Assembly: GCA_028534125.1 (NCBI GenBank)
Contig: CM052816.1
Coordinates: 82,028,001 to 82,092,000 of the forward strand
DNA length: 64,000 bases
Reading direction: 5' to 3'
Source: Lama glama
Taxonomy: Eukaryota
How positions within the stretch are numbered: the stretch's first letter is position 1; each line of letters starts with the position of its first letter. This document shows, in pieces, positions 38,791 through 51,950 of the stretch. The notes beneath the pieces were generated by a model. The model was not told the origin of the DNA. It saw nothing but the letters and a program-made list of their open reading frames with translations, and did not search any database. A program made the position numbers and the translations under genes.

Positions 38791-41589
38791 GAGGCCCAGC
38801 TCGAGTCTTAGTGCCGAGATCAATCTGCCCCTCAACCTTTTCTCACCTGAGAGCAATAATTTGAATCTTGGTGTCATTTTGCCAAATTCTTTTAAGGTAG
38901 ATGTAATTGTTTGGATCCAAAGGGAACAAAACAGCCTAGATTTCACATGTTCATTGTTTTCAATACAAATTATTTGTTAAATATATATTCAACTGTTATT
39001 TAATTTTTGTTACATTGCAAGATTGTTTTTGTATAAGTGTATTCATAAATTGGAAAACACTTTGTCATGATCTTTATGACAAAGAAAAAATATATTTTAT
39101 GCATAAAGTAGATAATAAAGTTCTCATCACATAGGAGATGTTCAGAAATCATTGGAGATAGGCTCAATTTTAATATAACATTTATTATATTTTAATACTA
39201 TAAGGAATACTTTTTATAATACTTGAGCTAGTAAAGCATAAGAAAACACTTATAAATAAGCATTAAATTTGAAACAGTGACATTCAGAGGTAACTTTCAG
39301 CTGTCTGTGAATCTCTGCCAAAGCCGTAAGTCAGGAAAGAATCAGGTGTCTTTCTTAAGCTTTTGATCCTGACCTTCTGAGAACGAGAAATGACAATAAC
39401 ATAAATAACACTTCTGATCAATAAACTTCAGCGTCCCCACTTAGTGATAGGTGGGAGGACAGGCAGGGAGGGTTAAGAGAACTATCACATTTATTCCTGG
39501 GATCCGTCTACCCCTCCTGCCCCCTTAGCAGGTTAGCTTTGACTACTTGTCTTCCTCTTGACCCCACTCTTGACATTACCTTAGCCCCTTGAAACTTAGC
39601 TGTAATATCAGTGAAAGGGTGTGGAAAGAAACGCTGAATGTCTTAAGCTGAGTTTCTGTTGCTCACAGGAATCAGAGTGCAAAGCAGAAACGAAGTTCAG
39701 TTATAGAAAAATATGGATACCTTTCGTTTGTAAACAAAGTATTGAAGCTACTGCTCTGACACACTGTTACCGCTAACTGGATAGTTGGGTTTTCTGAGGC
39801 TAGAATACTCCACGTTGTTGGGGTGGATGCTTGCATTCAGTGGATGCTCCTGGCTGGGGCAAATCACCCTTCTTCCTCTAAACCGTTTGAGTCATGGAAA
39901 CGGAACTGTGACAGGAAGTCCTAATCCTTTTTCTTCTCTCTCACCTCTTTCAGGGCATGGCTACCCTACAGAGGGCTTACTGCAATTTGTGTGAAATATC
40001 CATATTGTTGAGATGATATATTATATAGACAATTAGAGTTTTTGCAGTCTTGGGTAGAATTTTGCATTACTTGGAAATATTTTTCTTTGGAGACACTGTT
40101 CCAATTTTATAGTAGCGTAATTGTGGTTAATAGGCAGAATTTTGCTTCTCAGGTTCTTTTTCCCTTGCAAGAGCATTTGGACTGATGTTTTAGAGAAGAG
40201 TGTTTTTAAGCTTGTGGCTTTCAGCAGAGTCCCACTTCATCTGTATTTGTATAATGGAAAAAAAATTCTTTTTTTCTCCCAATAAATATTTATTTCAAAT
40301 GGATGGGATTGGACTGTGCATACAAAGGGGAATGTAGGGGATTCAGTAGCAGGATTGCAGAACCTGAGTTATAAGAATTGAGTTTAACTCTAATTCGTGT
40401 TATGAGACCCAAGGACAGATAACCCCAGTTGTCTGTGAAACGGGAACAGTACAGCCTAGTGTACAGGGCTTTCCTGAGAGTTATTTTGTCATATATGTGA
40501 TAGTTACTTCTAAAGTGCTGCATAAAAGCAAGGCATTATTATCAGGCAGCTAAGCAAAGTTAAAAGCTTTAATAAAACCTATCCTTTGCTGACTATAAGG
40601 AGACAGTTTCTTACCAATGTGCAAACAAGTCATATTCACTGTTAAAAGTTAAAGTTTTTTAGACTAAATGGCTCAGGAAGCAATAAAGATGATCTAATAT
40701 GTCAAGGGAGACATTTTAAAAAAGGAATAAGTATATTATAGACAGAAATAGGAGACAATCTACTTCTTTTAAAGAACTATAACCATTCATAGCATATTTA
40801 GAAAAGTATTGAATTCAGGAATTTAAGACTCAGAAAAGTGATCTAAAGAACCAGGATGTCATTCAGGACAAAATGTTTAGTCAGGCAAACTAAGATTAAT
40901 AATGGGAGATTAAACCTTGGCAGTCTTTGAGGGAAGGGTATGCATAGAGCAGGGTGTGTGTCTGTCTTTTTAGCCCTGTTTCTATCACCTCAATCCATGC
41001 CTGGCCCACAGAAGATCCTCAAGTGATCCTTGCAGAATGAATGTAAACTTTCAGGAGTATGACTGCTGGGGAGATGCATCCACAGCGCTGAACTGGTTGA
41101 AAGAAATACCTGCATGTTGGTTAAGATTTTTGAAATAGAGATATGAGCTAATTATAATGGCAAGTTGAGCCTTTTAGCTTCCTTAATTATTCCAAGTTTT
41201 TGACAGTTTCAAGACCAGAACACTCTTCCCAAATGGCAGTGGTGAATAGTAAACAAAACTTAGAAGGAAAATGTTCTCTTACTGCTGGCTGCCTGGGCTT
41301 CCTGTGAGAGATGCTAAGGCTGCATCTAGAAATCTGCAAGTCAGTTGACTAGCAGCGTCTGCCGTGGGTGTTAGAGTCGGGGATGGTAGACAAGTGCTCC
41401 TCAAAAGGGTTTGCAACTGTAAGGTTGAATTTGTAAATAACTTTCTACCTGCTTTTCCGAAAACGCACTCAAAATTATTATGTGGTATGGTTTATTATGG
41501 TGACCGAAACTGGGGAGGGATTGGGAAAGATACTGCAAGACTGACAGAGACTGAACTTACATGTGGCAGATACATGTAAGTGTGCTGAC

Positions 41590-41910
41590 CAGATACACAC
41601 ATGCACCCACAGGCCATCTACATCTCCCAGTCTCTGCCCAGTGAGTTTGGGCCGCATGACTGAGTTCTGGTCCATGAGTGTGAGCAGAAGTGGTATAAAC
41701 CATGTATAGGTCCCACCTGTAGGAGCAGCTCATACGATCATCCAGCTCGCTCACCTCCCCTGCCGCGTTAAACCCTGTGTTCCAGATGGCACAGCTACAA
41801 GAGGAAGAAAGGCCCACAACTGCCCTGACAGTCACAAGAGTGAGACATGAATTCTATGGAGACTTTGGATTTTGCCTTTTGCAGCAGCTAGAGTGAATTA
41901 CTAATGATAA
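41590..41910 (+). mobile_element. Old MaLR LTR (MLT1I/J-like)
   Basis: catgactgagttctggtccatgagtgtgagcagaagtg...tgttccagatggcacagctacaaga. Confidence 0.6.
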
Positions 41911-42467
41911 TTATCGTGGGAAGTTATGGCAATAGAAAAGGGCTTCGTTCATCCAAATGTCTGCCGGAATCTGCTTCCTGAGCTGGGTCCTTGAGAAACA
42001 CATTGTACTTCCTGCCTACGTTACATTAGGTCAAGGAAGTTTCCTAGATCCTGCAGACTACACTTGCCCTGGGGGTGGTCCAGAGCCGGGGACTGGGTAG
42101 GGGGGTGGGAGGGGCTTGGCTCTAGCGCACCATGCATACCACTGTACAATGGACATATCCTTCAACAAGTTTATTTCTAATAGCATCATTCCTTTCCATG
42201 GTTTTCTGTTTCCCACCAAGTTAACTTTAAACCAAATGACAAAAACCAAAACCACAAAGCAACAACAAAAATCAGCTGCTATGGCCCTGGTGATCCTCTG
42301 TGTTCTGGTGTTGTGATTTTTTCCAAGCCTAGTTCCCTTCAGGGAACCTCAACTGAGATCAGTGGCCTTGCTTAAGCATCCCTCTCTTTTCTCTCTCCTG
42401 CTATTCTTTTTGATATCTTATCTCCCTTTGTCTCAATCCCACTAATTCTTAACTGCCTCTCCCACCA

Positions 42468-42489
42468 ACACACACACACACACACACAC
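42468..42489. repeat. (AC)n microsatellite
   Basis: About 11 units. Confidence 0.92.
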
Positions 42490-43365
42490 TCCTCCACCTG
42501 GGCAGGAAGAGTTCCTCGGTCCTATGAAGTCCTGTGAACATTTTCGTATGTTTTTCTCTGAAGACATCTCCACGGCACCTCCGGGTGGGTACACTAGTTA
42601 TGAGTTTACAGCAGCCCTACCTCCTGGTCCATGAGCTTCTGGGGAGAAGGAAAAAATATATCTGGCTTATTGTTGAATATTCCACAGCACACAGTTGAGT
42701 GCCTACTGTATATTGAGCAAGTGAATGAATAAAAGCAAATCTCCTTTGCAAAGGTATGAATTCAGTTCTCCCAGTTAAAAAACTCTGAAACTGCCCCTGT
42801 AGAAATAGGAGGCAGCTTAAGAAAGAACAAGCATGTAAAATATGATAGCTCTGAATATGCTAAAAACATTTTATTTACTCATAGTATCAGAATACTGGAA
42901 GGATTTTATTCTTATTTTCCTCTGGTCTGACTCTTGCTTTTTCTTTTTCTTTTTAAAATCAGAGATTCATGGACAACTGTTTTTATGGGAGTGAAATAAA
43001 GGCTAGAGATTTGGGATGGGCAAAAATATAGAACTGTCCTTTTTTTTTTTTAAATCTAAAGCAATTACCATAAGGATAAACAGCTTTCTTCTTAATACGG
43101 CAATTCCGTCAATAACAGTAGAATTGTTGATGTCCCAGCAGTAAGAAGTCTGCAGGGCTGTGCCAATGATCTATATTGCTGGTTGGGAGAAACTGTTGTT
43201 TGCAAGCTAATTATTATAAGTTGGCTTTAGTTAGCTATCTGAGAGGTTAAAACAGCAGATCTGGAAAGATAAAGTATATATCAACATGTACCTTTAAAAA
43301 ATCTCTAATTACAAACAATAGTTTGAGAGAATTGGAAAAAAAAAACAAGTTAGAAAAAAAAACAG

Positions 43366-43371
43366 TTTATT
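43366..43371 (-). terminator. Candidate distal polyadenylation signal AATAAA
   Basis: Plus-strand tttatt; downstream on minus is U-rich (ctgtttttttttctaacttgttttttt). Further AATAAA at 43836-43841 and 43921-43926. Confidence 0.55.
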
Positions 43372-46300
43372 AAGTAATATCATATAAATAACTTGTTACA
43401 AAAATTGATTTGCAAAAGGCATATTTACTCTTTGTGAGAAATCACTTTTTAAATTGCATTCTTTTCAAATGTATACGTCTAACAAAACAAAGGAAAAGAA
43501 AAGAAGCCATTTCAAGGAGCATGTATTTGCCATTTGACTGCAACAAAAGGCCCGGCCACACTGAGCTGAAAGGTTATCGTCTCAACCCCATTCTTCTAAC
43601 ACAGAAAACTTTCTCATGTAAACTGTGAAGTTATGACAATCTCCCTAGCTAGAAATGTGGATGAAAGCTGAGCAGTGATTGTTGCCATCAGGTGTTTACG
43701 TTGCCAAAGACACGAGCAATACCAAGAAAAACTGTATGAACTGAGCACTCCCGCCAGTAAATCTTCCAGGGTGGCATCAGCTTCAGTTTATACTTGGAAG
43801 AATTTTTAATTAAAAACAATCAATACCAAAAAGCTTTTATTTTCTGGGTCTAAAATCACAAATCACAGTAGGAGACTGCCAAATTGCCTCAGCCTGGTAC
43901 TACTGAAGACACCCGTAGCATTTATTATAAGTCCTGTTCTTATACAGTTTCCTTTCAAAGCAATGAAAATAATCGCAAACAAAACAGTACAGTGGTTTTG
44001 AAGCGCTCCTGTGTTTCTCCCGAGCAGATCAGTTTTACGTTTGCTACACAGCTCTCCCTCTGAATGCCCGGTAATTCTATACGTACGATTCCTTAATAAA
44101 CACTAAACTAATAGATCATAGAAAACTAAAAGCTTATAGTAGGTGCCTCTAGACATATTTACACAAATAGCAGTGTCTCACAAGAAAGACCCAGGTCTCA
44201 TTATAGTGGAATGCTTTTCCCACAATGCTGGGCCCATGCCTCATTTGTCAAATTAACCCCATTTGAGGAGAAATTTGAGTTTGTGGTCCATGGGTTTTTT
44301 AAAAAAAAAAAATGGAATTAAGCAACTTGTAAAAGCTCTTTTGAAATTAATCTAATAACCCAGCGGCTCCTCGGCTAAGTGCCTGGTCCTGTCTGAAATA
44401 CAGTGGGTAATAGGCTTTGTTTCCATTTGACCTCCTTTCGGCACTTTCGTCTGCTGGCTCTGTTGGACTAATGTTCCCCCCAAATTAAAGAATGAAAATG
44501 CGTCATAAATAAGGTATTACCAAATGGGGAGTAGATTAAAGATTGTCTCAGCAATGCTTAAATTAAATTGACGATGCAGAGACCATAAACTTCTGGCTTT
44601 AAAAATGAACTATTTCTTTATTAACTTTTAACAAGTGTGTGAGTCAGTGTATTGCTCTTGCACATTAAATACGGTCGGGGTCTGATATTTTTTAGTAGAG
44701 AATTATCCCTTTAGAAAATTGTTCCATAAAGATGCCAAGGGGAGATTAAAAACGCTGCAACCGTTAGAACCACTGAACTTTTCAGAAGACCGTGCTGCCG
44801 TTCTGTATTCTCTGAAAAAGAAAGCTGCTTGTTAGACTTTAGGAAATAGTTCATCTTCCTGAAGACCCATACACTAAATCTTAATCCTTCCACTCATAAT
44901 CTGATAAAGGAGGCTGGGTTGTAGTGATCATGTAAACACAGTAGACTGCTTGGATTTTTAATCTCCTGTGACAATTCAAGAAAGATTTCATCTAGATAAA
45001 AACAAACAAACAAACAAATTTACACTGAAATGATCCTTTTCAGAGGATACCTTTCAAAATAGTGGGGATCATGACTTTTTAGAGTGCTCTTCCAAAGTAA
45101 TTACACTGCTTCAAGACTAGTGACTAGGATAAAATTATTTATTTGGCGGCTTATTTGGTTCCTGGGAAAAGTGAATTGAGCTGTACCTGATTTAAATATT
45201 TAATTCACATCCAGGAATCAACTTTGTTCTTTCCTTTCAACTGCATACTTTTTAGGGTCCTCAAGTATATAGAAAGAATTGAGGAATGCCCAATTCATAG
45301 ATTATACACTATTATCTCCAATGAAACACCCATTTCAAGGCAAAGCATTTGATATAAGGGATTACTCAGGAAATCAGGACATCTAAAATTAAAAATCACT
45401 TAAAAATGAAAGTAATGAAAACATTGTAAAGTTAATTTAGGTCCATGAAATTTGGATACTTCTAAGAGAGTTCCAACTTATTAGAACTTTTTCTACAACC
45501 CTTTGGGAGCTGAAAATGAACACTAAACCAAAAGTTTTTATGCTGGGTTAGAATCGAATCACCAGGTTTTGTTCCAGCCGAAAATGGAGTCAGGTTATAT
45601 CCAAACCTCCCTTTTATGCACCTAAACTGTAAAGCTAAGAAAGGTCTTATAAAAAAAAATACATTTATGGGCCCAGCCTCCCTCTCTTAGGGCTCCGTAG
45701 AACCATCTTTGTTTCTCCCCCATTGGATTTAGTTTATTTGGGGACAAATATTTTCCAGGCCCTTCAGCAGAAAGTGCTATGAGGTGAAGGGGCTTTAAAT
45801 TTATGCACAATAATTTAATGTTTTAAAATTTTCAGTTTATTCTAGGGAATATCTTAGTGGTCTGAAGAAACTCTCCCCTTTGAACAGAGGACAGAAAATA
45901 TGTCACAAGGGTCACAAAGTCCTTGAAACAACCCCACTCCAAAAGCAATCTCCCTATATTTTCTGAATTTTAGTTTCTCAATGATTAGAGCAAATATGAA
46001 AACTTCACCTCTTCCCACTCTCTTTCTATCCTTCTTATTGCAAATATCTAATATCAGGACAAAGACAATGTGAAAACTGAGCTGAAAACCAGTTTTTTTC
46101 TCCAGTAATCATTCTTGTCGATGCGGGTCTTTGACCTGATGTCTTGGTGGGAAGGAAGTGAGACCAGCAAAGAATGATGGAACTATGGCTCTTATTGTTT
46201 CCACGACCTTAGACAGTCTTAATTTTAGGAAAATATTACTTCTCCTAGATACTTATAAGGCTCTACTGCTAAACACTCAGCTCCAGTCTCAAATTACCCA

Positions 46301-46812
46301 GTTTCTTAGAGATTCATCATCAGGTTTTGTGGTAAAAGATTAAACAGTTATTTCAGTATTTAGTCCTATTAACCTGTTCTCGGTGTAACTGTCCCATCTT
46401 CAGGGTGGGATAGGATACCTTGCCAATTACATATCAGACATTCCACTGCAGAACTTCTTAACTTTCATTTATGAGCAAGTAAACCTTACCCTTGAACACT
46501 GAAGTTGCTAATGTCGACCCTCAGACATTCCAATTAACGCCAAAAGTTCAAAAGGAAGACTTCTGATCATACTTTTCTTTTCACAGAACTATCTTTCTTG
46601 ATACAGCTTATTACATAACATGAAACCTAAGGATAGAGAGCTGTTTAATTTTACAGTCGTGTGATTAAGGTGCCGTTCTATTGCTATAAATAACTAGTTC
46701 TTATTAATTAACTCTACTAAGCTAGCTTTTTTTCAACACTTACCTGTGACTATGATATATATCAATTCGTTACAGTGAAGCCCTCCTGTAGTATTTTGTT
46801 TGCATTCCTCGG

Positions 46813-46835
46813 TGTGTATGTGTGTGTGTGTGTGT
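46813..46835. repeat. (TG)n microsatellite in the CDH6 3' UTR
   Basis: tgtgtatgtgtgtgtgtgtgtgt. Confidence 0.9.
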
Positions 46836-48176
46836 AAAGAACTAGCAAAAGAAAACCTTGTAAGCAGGGAAGAGGCCACACATAAAATACTTGTTAGTAT
46901 ACAGGGAAGTTAATCACAAAACAGGAAACACAAGGAATAATACGGTTGTAAAAATTTTTCACTCTACTTGGGTAACCCAGAAGACTACGTCTCTCTTATC
47001 TTAAAGGTGCCGTCTTTACTTCCTGGGTAATACATCTATTTAAAACTTAACTAAACAACAATGTGTTTCCAAATAGAAAATATGTGCTGATATGACATTA
47101 TCCCCAAATGGACTGGCACTAAGATTATCTGTAGAAAATTAACCTTAATTGAAAATAAATCCCTAAGACTAATAATTGAAGTCAGCATATTCTTAAGTAC
47201 ACATTATATATATATACAGAGCCTGTTTTTTTTTTTAAGTTTTCAAAATCAGGATATTTTCATTACAGTACTTTGGAAGTTTCTGATGACTGCACAATGT
47301 AAGATTCTAATGATAAAAATCATTAGAACAGCATATGAAATAAATGATTAGAACCCGCCAAAAGGATCGGTTCAGTTCAGCTGGGTCCTCTGGATAACTA
47401 TGATGCTAATTGCATAATTAGAGGAATAATGGATTGGATGGATTGTACATTACTTTTCTGTCGTAGTTTAAGACCATTACTTTATCATTAATTCAAAGAC
47501 AAGGATGGCAAGTTTGCCTAAAACAATGAAAAAATATTAATGCTTTTGAAAGTCAACGATCATTTTAATTACAGTCTTTAACACCCCTGTTGAAGGGAAT
47601 CCAAATTTTCCCTTTGCAAGCGTCTCCCGAACATGTAATATGCAGGCTTTCACTGTGATTCCAATGTACACCCCATCACAGTATATAAATATATGCATGT
47701 TTCCAGGTGTGAAGGACAGGGTGTTGAGTTCAAGTGCGGCTGGCTCTTACCTCCCCATTAAACTCTGAGAGAGGGATCTGAGTTTCATCTAAGCGGCCAA
47801 ACTTTACTAATGCAACTTAATTGTGTAAGAAGGATCTGAAGAATATGGATTACTGTACTTCACGTAGTTACTTCCAAGTATATTAGAATAATACTGGCGA
47901 CAACTACAGACAAGGAGTTAAAATCTGCCTCAAAAAAGTTCCTTGAAGAACTTTTTAAACAATTAGACTTATTTGTAATTAGCCTACTGATGGCTGAAAT
48001 AATGTCAAGTGATTCATGGTACTTCTGGTGGCCCAAACTTTAAAATATCCTAAATATTTCCTCTGTTAACATTGTTAGCTATTTTCCCATTCCCTTTATA
48101 TGGTGCAAGGGCAAATTTTGCTCGTCTAATATATAACATATTATGAATCAGTGGCAAGGAATGAGGTCTTACTAAG

Positions 48177-48676
48177 NNNNNNNNNNNNNNNNNNNNNNNN
48201 NNNNNNNNNNNNNNNNNNNNNNNNNNNNNNNNNNNNNNNNNNNNNNNNNNNNNNNNNNNNNNNNNNNNNNNNNNNNNNNNNNNNNNNNNNNNNNNNNNNN
48301 NNNNNNNNNNNNNNNNNNNNNNNNNNNNNNNNNNNNNNNNNNNNNNNNNNNNNNNNNNNNNNNNNNNNNNNNNNNNNNNNNNNNNNNNNNNNNNNNNNNN
48401 NNNNNNNNNNNNNNNNNNNNNNNNNNNNNNNNNNNNNNNNNNNNNNNNNNNNNNNNNNNNNNNNNNNNNNNNNNNNNNNNNNNNNNNNNNNNNNNNNNNN
48501 NNNNNNNNNNNNNNNNNNNNNNNNNNNNNNNNNNNNNNNNNNNNNNNNNNNNNNNNNNNNNNNNNNNNNNNNNNNNNNNNNNNNNNNNNNNNNNNNNNNN
48601 NNNNNNNNNNNNNNNNNNNNNNNNNNNNNNNNNNNNNNNNNNNNNNNNNNNNNNNNNNNNNNNNNNNNNNNNNNNN
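48177..48676. other. Assembly gap (500 N) flanked by an exact 199-bp duplication
   Basis: 47978-48176 is identical to 48677-48875. Confidence 0.97.
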
Positions 48677-49548
48677 ATTAGCCTACTGATGGCTGAAATA
48701 ATGTCAAGTGATTCATGGTACTTCTGGTGGCCCAAACTTTAAAATATCCTAAATATTTCCTCTGTTAACATTGTTAGCTATTTTCCCATTCCCTTTATAT
48801 GGTGCAAGGGCAAATTTTGCTCGTCTAATATATAACATATTATGAATCAGTGGCAAGGAATGAGGTCTTACTAAGTTTTTTTTGGTTGTTATTTTTGAAT
48901 GTTACCATTTAATTGGCATCATTTCCTAAAGAGGAAGGAGAATCTCAAAACATTGGTGGATTTGATGTTTTGAAGTCACTGGTGCCAGAAAAAGATCATG
49001 AAGGACAAACAGGACAGGCAAATATGATTTTAAATTCTTTGCAACAGAAATACACACCCATACAGAGTTCATTATCTCCTCATGAGCCGATATACCAGGA
49101 ACGGTTGTTCCACCCTCTTTTCTTTTACCAAAACTATATTTTTATCATTAACGCGCACTCCCTCATCCCATTAGCATGTGAAATGTACACAGCAGTCAGC
49201 TGACCTTGAGTCAATGCAAAGTAGTAAGAGACCAGGCCAGCAGAATCCAGCATGTTCCAAACTTGCCCTAAGAGAACAGGGGGAAAACCACTCCCGTCTT
49301 CTCCTCCAGCACGGTGCCTGTTGGGCTGACATGGTGAACTGGATGCGCTAAAAAATAAACATTTGCCTCTGGGAAGCTCATAAAAGTGTACTAGAAAAAA
49401 GTCTCTAACATTGGATCCACACGGACTGCAGCCATTGACTTTTGGAACGGGTAGAACAGAGAACCCTTCATGGAGCAGTGGATAAATAGGAAGAAATAGC
49501 CACTTCACATGTCTCAGTGTTGTACTGGAAAATGAAAAAGGCAACATA

Positions 49549-50039
49549 TTAGGAGTCCTTGTCACTGTCCACCCCTCCGTACATATCCGCGAGCTTTTTG
49601 AACCGAGGGCCCCAGTCACTAAGGTAATCGTAGTCCTGGTCTCCATCCGTGGTCACCGACTCCAGTGAGCTCAGGGAATCGGCCACCGAGCCGGTGCCCT
49701 CGTAGGCGTAGGTGGCCAAGGAGTCGTAGGGCGGGGCCGTGGGGTCCATGTCATTTTCCTTTAACCTTTGGTTAATGAAATCTCGGACGTCGGTGTTATC
49801 ACGAGCTGCTGGAGTCCGTCGGGGTAGAAAAAGGGCTTCGGGCACAATGTCTCTGCGTAACTTGCTGTCCTCTATGGCTTCGGGATTCCTCAGGGTGCCA
49901 ATATCAAAGGCCTGGGTGTCCTCCTCACCACCACCTTCGTCGTTGTAACTGACAATGTTGTCTCTGATGTCCTCTTTGGAAATGATCAAAGGCTCTTTTT
50001 TCCGCTGCCGCCTCAGAGCTGCAAACAACACCACTGTCA
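49549..50039 (-). CDS. CDH6: Cadherin-6 terminal exon 12, coding part (rest of TM helix and cytoplasmic p120/beta-catenin-binding domain), TAA stop at 49549-49551
   Basis: cttccag|TG ACA GTG... encodes [53 protein letters not shown]...[15 protein letters not shown]...[34 protein letters not shown] and PPYDSL motifs present; C-terminus recognised as CDH6. Confidence 0.97.
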
Positions 50040-50336
50040 CTGGAAGTAGAAACAAAACAGAAAGGGAAGGGAACGTTAATTTGCCGCCCAATTAACATCA
50101 GGAAGAAATACTGCTCCAAAGTGAAGTTTTCAAAGTTCTCCAGGAAACTACAGACTCAACTTTTCTTTCTTTAAGGTTGCACTTGCCTCCTGGCACAATC
50201 AAACCAGGAACCCCCAACCCACGCCAAATGGAGTAACTATTTGAAAGTTATGATTTAAATAGAGGATAAAACACCTTCCTATTTTGTCAGTAGTTCCTTT
50301 TTGCTTTGGAATAGCAAACTAGTTTCTAGGTAAGGA

Positions 50337-50396
50337 AATAATAATAATAATAATAATATGATAATGATGATAATAATAATAATAATAACAATAACA
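50337..50396. repeat. (AAT)n-type trinucleotide repeat in intron 11
   Basis: aataataataata...gataatgatgataataataataataataacaataaca. Confidence 0.92.
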
Positions 50397-51319
50397 GCTC
50401 CACCACAGTAAGAGTACTGTCATAAGAGTGCAAATTATGCTCAACACCTGAACTGCTCCGAAACTGCTTATAAGCACAAGGCTGGCACCTTCGGGGATGT
50501 GTTGAAGGGTTTGCATAACTCCACTTCTAAAATAACTTTTGCACAATGCCTTCTTTTCTTCCCCGAGAAAAGTGTAAAGTCAGTTTAAAACTCAAAGTAG
50601 AGATGAGGAGGTTTGCGTACTTGTCTTACATATAAGGAAACACTGTTACAGATAACACCTGGAGAGACCCAGATACAGTTCAGAAAGCCGTTTTGGACTT
50701 TACAATCAGTCAGTTTGAAGGGGACAAGTAACAGTACACATGCCAGATTATTTCTGTTTAAGCTAAATAAAATAAACACATTTATTTACGTGAGAACTTA
50801 AAAAAAAAGAGTCTCTCAGAGTTTCATGTTCTATAAGTTTGTTGACCAGAACGGAGTGTTTGTTCTTTCTATTTTTCCACCTAATTCAGATTAGAGGCAA
50901 AGCAAGAACTGGGTTTAATTAGTTCCTGATGTTTCTTTGCCGCTGTCTGTGTAGAACACGCTGGCTGCCTGGAAAGAGACACATCCACGAACAGACATAT
51001 GGGTGGGAAAGTAACAACATAGTGACAGCTTAGAGAGAAAACAGCCATCCAGGGCAGAATGTGCACTGTTAACCTGGGCTTGTCCAGGGGAGGGTAGTAG
51101 GGAAGCACCAGGGACATCTCTTTACGCTGTCATCTGTAACATGGTCCAGTTTTTATGAGCCGTGAGAACTGAATTATCACAATGGGAATTACAGAATTAT
51201 GACTTTTGGTGGGTATGTACACCTACCTATATAATAATGGATATATGCAAACCCGTGTGTCTATATATTAACCTTTCAAATGTTAATATTAATAATTGGT
51301 TATCTATTGAGATGCTTCT

Positions 51320-51500
51320 ATACGCCAAACGCTTTACAGACCAAGTCTAATTTAATTATCATAGTAGTCCCAGCCCTACAAAGTAGGTAGCATCATGGTA
51401 ACTCCATTTTACCTAAGAGGAAATCGAGGTTTAGAGATGTCACACGTACAATCAAAATCCAGGTCAGTCAGACTAAAAATCCTGCACCATTAATTACCAT
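51320..51500 (-). mobile_element. MIR SINE (intron 11)
   Basis: cagccctacaaagtaggtagcatc...ccattttacctaagaggaaatcgaggtttagaga. Confidence 0.65.
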
Positions 51501-51624
51501 GCTTGGAAGCATGTTTGGATTATAGACTGTTTCTAAAGGATCTGCAACCCTGCCGTTTTCAAGCGTGTGGTTGTGTAATTGTACAGGTTCTCTTCTGCTG
51601 CCAGATGCTTCATTTGCCCTTTCT

Positions 51625-51950
51625 TTTCATTTATTTATTTGTTCATTCAATAAATGGTTATTTATTGCCAACTCTGTGCCAGCTACTATTAAGGAAAGAA
51701 AGTTGATCAACAGCCCTGTCTGAATAAGGTAGGCAGGGGTGGTGGTGGTGGTGGTGGATGGAGACAGAAAAAAAGCAACGTGTATAATGAATACGGAAAC
51801 TATAGAAGGGGATCCGTGCAATGTAAACAAGGAAGAGCAGGCCAGAGTAAGGAGGGTGGCTTCTGTGGATGTTTGAGGGGCTGTATATGTTTTCTGGGGG
51901 GAGACTGCATCACTGAGGAAGTGACATTTGAGCAAAGAGATTATCTGGCA
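51625..51950 (-). mobile_element. L2 3' end (intron 11)
   Basis: tcatttatttatttgttcattcaataaatggttatttattgccaactctgtgccag...cactgaggaagtgacatttgagc. Confidence 0.7.

Larger units (their letters stand above)
43345..49548 (-). other. CDH6: CDH6 long 3' UTR (about 5.5 kb after removing the false gap and duplicated overlap)
   Basis: Follows the stop codon; AT-rich and nearly free of recognisable interspersed repeats; ends in a cluster of AATAAA signals. Exact 3' end is inferred. Confidence 0.6.

Noticed and set aside
47978..48875. Apparent 199-bp direct repeat or LTR pair
   Set aside because: Exact identity and both copies abut the gap, so it is a contig overlap.
49134..49646. 170-aa minus-strand ORF overlapping the CDH6 stop
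   Set aside because: Alternative frame running into the 3' UTR; no homology or independent start context.
50040..50091. N-terminal [17 protein letters not shown] of the 180-aa ORF
   Set aside because: Translation of the intron 11 polypyrimidine tract from a TTG; the exon starts at 50039.
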